Shown one piece after another: positions 63,060 through 64,000 of a stretch of DNA of 64,000 bases; positions within the stretch are counted from its first letter, which is position 1, and each line of letters opens with the position of its first letter. The stretch spans positions 3,967-67,966 of the forward strand of contig JABGOP010000003.1 of assembly GCA_018645365.1 (NCBI GenBank), read 5' to 3'. The DNA is from Candidatus Cloacimonadota bacterium. Its GTDB lineage: Bacteria > Cloacimonadota > Cloacimonadia > Cloacimonadales > TCS61. The notes beneath the pieces are model-generated. The model was not told the origin of the DNA. It searched no databases and was given only the letters and a program-made list of their open reading frames with translations. A program made the translations under genes and the position numbers.

Positions 63060-63254
63060 ATGAAAACCAAACTTTTTTTGAGATTTTTCTTATCATTCGC
63101 AGTAATCTATTTTCTTGTAATTAAATTTGTCCCATTCCTGAAAATAGAGAAACTCTTAAGTTACTTAATTATTCAAACTTTAATTATCAGTGTTTTTTAC
63201 GCTATTTTCATGACTTGGTTCTCACTTCGCAAAAAAAAGAATGAAGAAAAATAG
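63060..63254 (+). CDS. Hypothetical small two-helix membrane protein
   Basis: 64 aa with a strong AGGAGG Shine-Dalgarno and two hydrophobic helices. Confidence 0.5.
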   Translation: MKTKLFLRFFLSFAVIYFLVIKFVPFLKIEKLLSYLIIQTLIISVFYAIFMTWFSLRKKKNEEK

Positions 63255-64000
63255 CATCAATTGGATTGTCGGTATAATTCTCGGAGCCACATTCTTAATG
63301 GTGTGGCTCCACCTTATCGACTGGCAAGAATTTCTACAATATTTCCAAAAATTCGATTTAACGGTAATGTTATTTTTTTCGATTTTTTATGTTTTCGCCT
63401 ATTTTTTACGAGCGTTACGTTGGAAAATCATTCTCAATCCGATTTACAAAATGAACATTGGGGAAAGTTTTGCTATTTTCATGAGTGGTCTTTTAGTAAA
63501 TTACATCATTCCAATTCGAGCGGGTGAAGTGGCAAAATCAGTCATTCTCAAAACCAGAAATCATCTCAAAATTTCACAAACATTACCAACAGTTTTTATC
63601 GATAAAATCACTGATCTTTTCCCAATTTTACTAATTATGCTACTTATTCCTCTCGTTTCAATAAAGCTAAATTTCACACTTTATTTCATCATTCTACTAC
63701 TCTTTATTATTTTATTATTTTTTGTTTGGTTTCTATATTTTGCGATAAATCATCAGAAAAAAGCATTCAAATTCCTTCACCTATTTTTGAAAATAATACC
63801 CTTCAAATATCGTGCAAAACTTGAAGTTTTTTTTGCTAATTTTGTGGATGGAATGGGAATTTTAAATAGAAGATGGAAAGCAATAACGCTCATTTATCTG
63901 CTCACATTTTGGGCGGTAATTTCAGAAGCACTCTACATTTTTATGGTATTCAAAGCATTTGGTGCAGAAATTTCCTATCTCAAAATTCTTTTCGGCTACA
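63241..64000 (+). CDS. Flippase-like membrane protein (LPG-synthase-TM / UPF0104 family), 3' end outside the window
   Basis: Frame-1 ORF from the ATG at 63241, open to the window end, so it is absent from the ORF track. Hand translation gives MKKNSINWIVGIILGATFLMVWL...LRALRWKIIL...IPIRAGEVAKS..., the family's R-x-x-RW and P-x-R-x-GE signatures. Multiple TM helices. Confidence 0.7.
   Translation, partial: MKKNSINWIVGIILGATFLMVWLHLIDWQEFLQYFQKFDLTVMLFFSIFYVFAYFLRALRWKIILNPIYKMNIGESFAIFMSGLLVNYIIPIRAGEVAKSVILKTRNHLKISQTLPTVFIDKITDLFPILLIMLLIPLVSIKLNFTLYFIILLLFIILLFFVWFLYFAINHQKKAFKFLHLFLKIIPFKYRAKLEVFFANFVDGMGILNRRWKAITLIYLLTFWAVISEALYIFMVFKAFGAEISYLKILFGY

Noticed and set aside
63261-63527. 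88-aa frame-3 ORF from the track
   Set aside because: It overlaps a frame-1 ORF (63241 to the window end) that translates into a coherent multi-TM protein with UPF0104/LPG-synthase-TM signatures. The frame-3 product has no such features.
1-64000. CRISPR arrays, rRNA genes, IS elements, prophage or defence-system genes
   Set aside because: No spaced direct repeats, no rRNA-like sequence, and no transposase, integrase, recombinase, phage structural or recognisable defence-gene signatures were seen in any of the listed ORFs or spacers.

Overview
This is an AT-rich, very gene-dense chromosomal window. I call about 60 protein-coding genes, one tRNA-Val and five hairpin terminators. I found no rRNA, CRISPR array, transposase or integrase. 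Many start and stop codons overlap, so most genes appear to sit in long, translationally coupled operons. The gene mix suggests an anaerobic FCB-group bacterium such as a Cloacimonadota-like lineage, but that is inference only. It rests on a T9SS-sorted cargo protein, a TonB-dependent receptor, a Na+-pumping methylmalonyl-CoA decarboxylase, a ferredoxin-dependent 2-oxoacid oxidoreductase, Hdr-like proteins and archaeal-type GGGPS/DGGGPS genes. Confident housekeeping calls are pgi, ruvB, gpsA, ndk, hutU, truA, rarA, rsmI, uvrB, rho, mutS, hup, sucCD and two-subunit class I fumarase. Four items stand out. (1) A 14-gene minus-strand operon (28759-42638) runs korDABC, hdrA(mvhD)-hdrC-hdrB, frd/sdh FeS and flavoprotein subunits, sucCD, fumAB and malic enzyme. 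Within it a membrane-anchor-less fumarate reductase/succinate dehydrogenase-like pair is embedded in a full HdrABC-like set, making it a candidate electron-bifurcating or confurcating enzyme. (2) A tightly packed operon (about 57025-64000) holds a polyprenyl synthase, a DGGGPS-like UbiA prenyltransferase and GGGPS (archaeal-type ether lipid genes). It also carries an oxidoreductase, a PHP phosphatase, an SDR, a methyltransferase and a flippase-like protein, while a bacterial gpsA lies elsewhere in the window. (3) A single ORF fuses Pgi, a winged-helix segment and a macro domain. (4) A 31-codon highly basic ORF (bS22-like) downstream of hup falls below the ORF-track length cutoff. All functional calls come from motif and family recognition by eye; no database search was possible.
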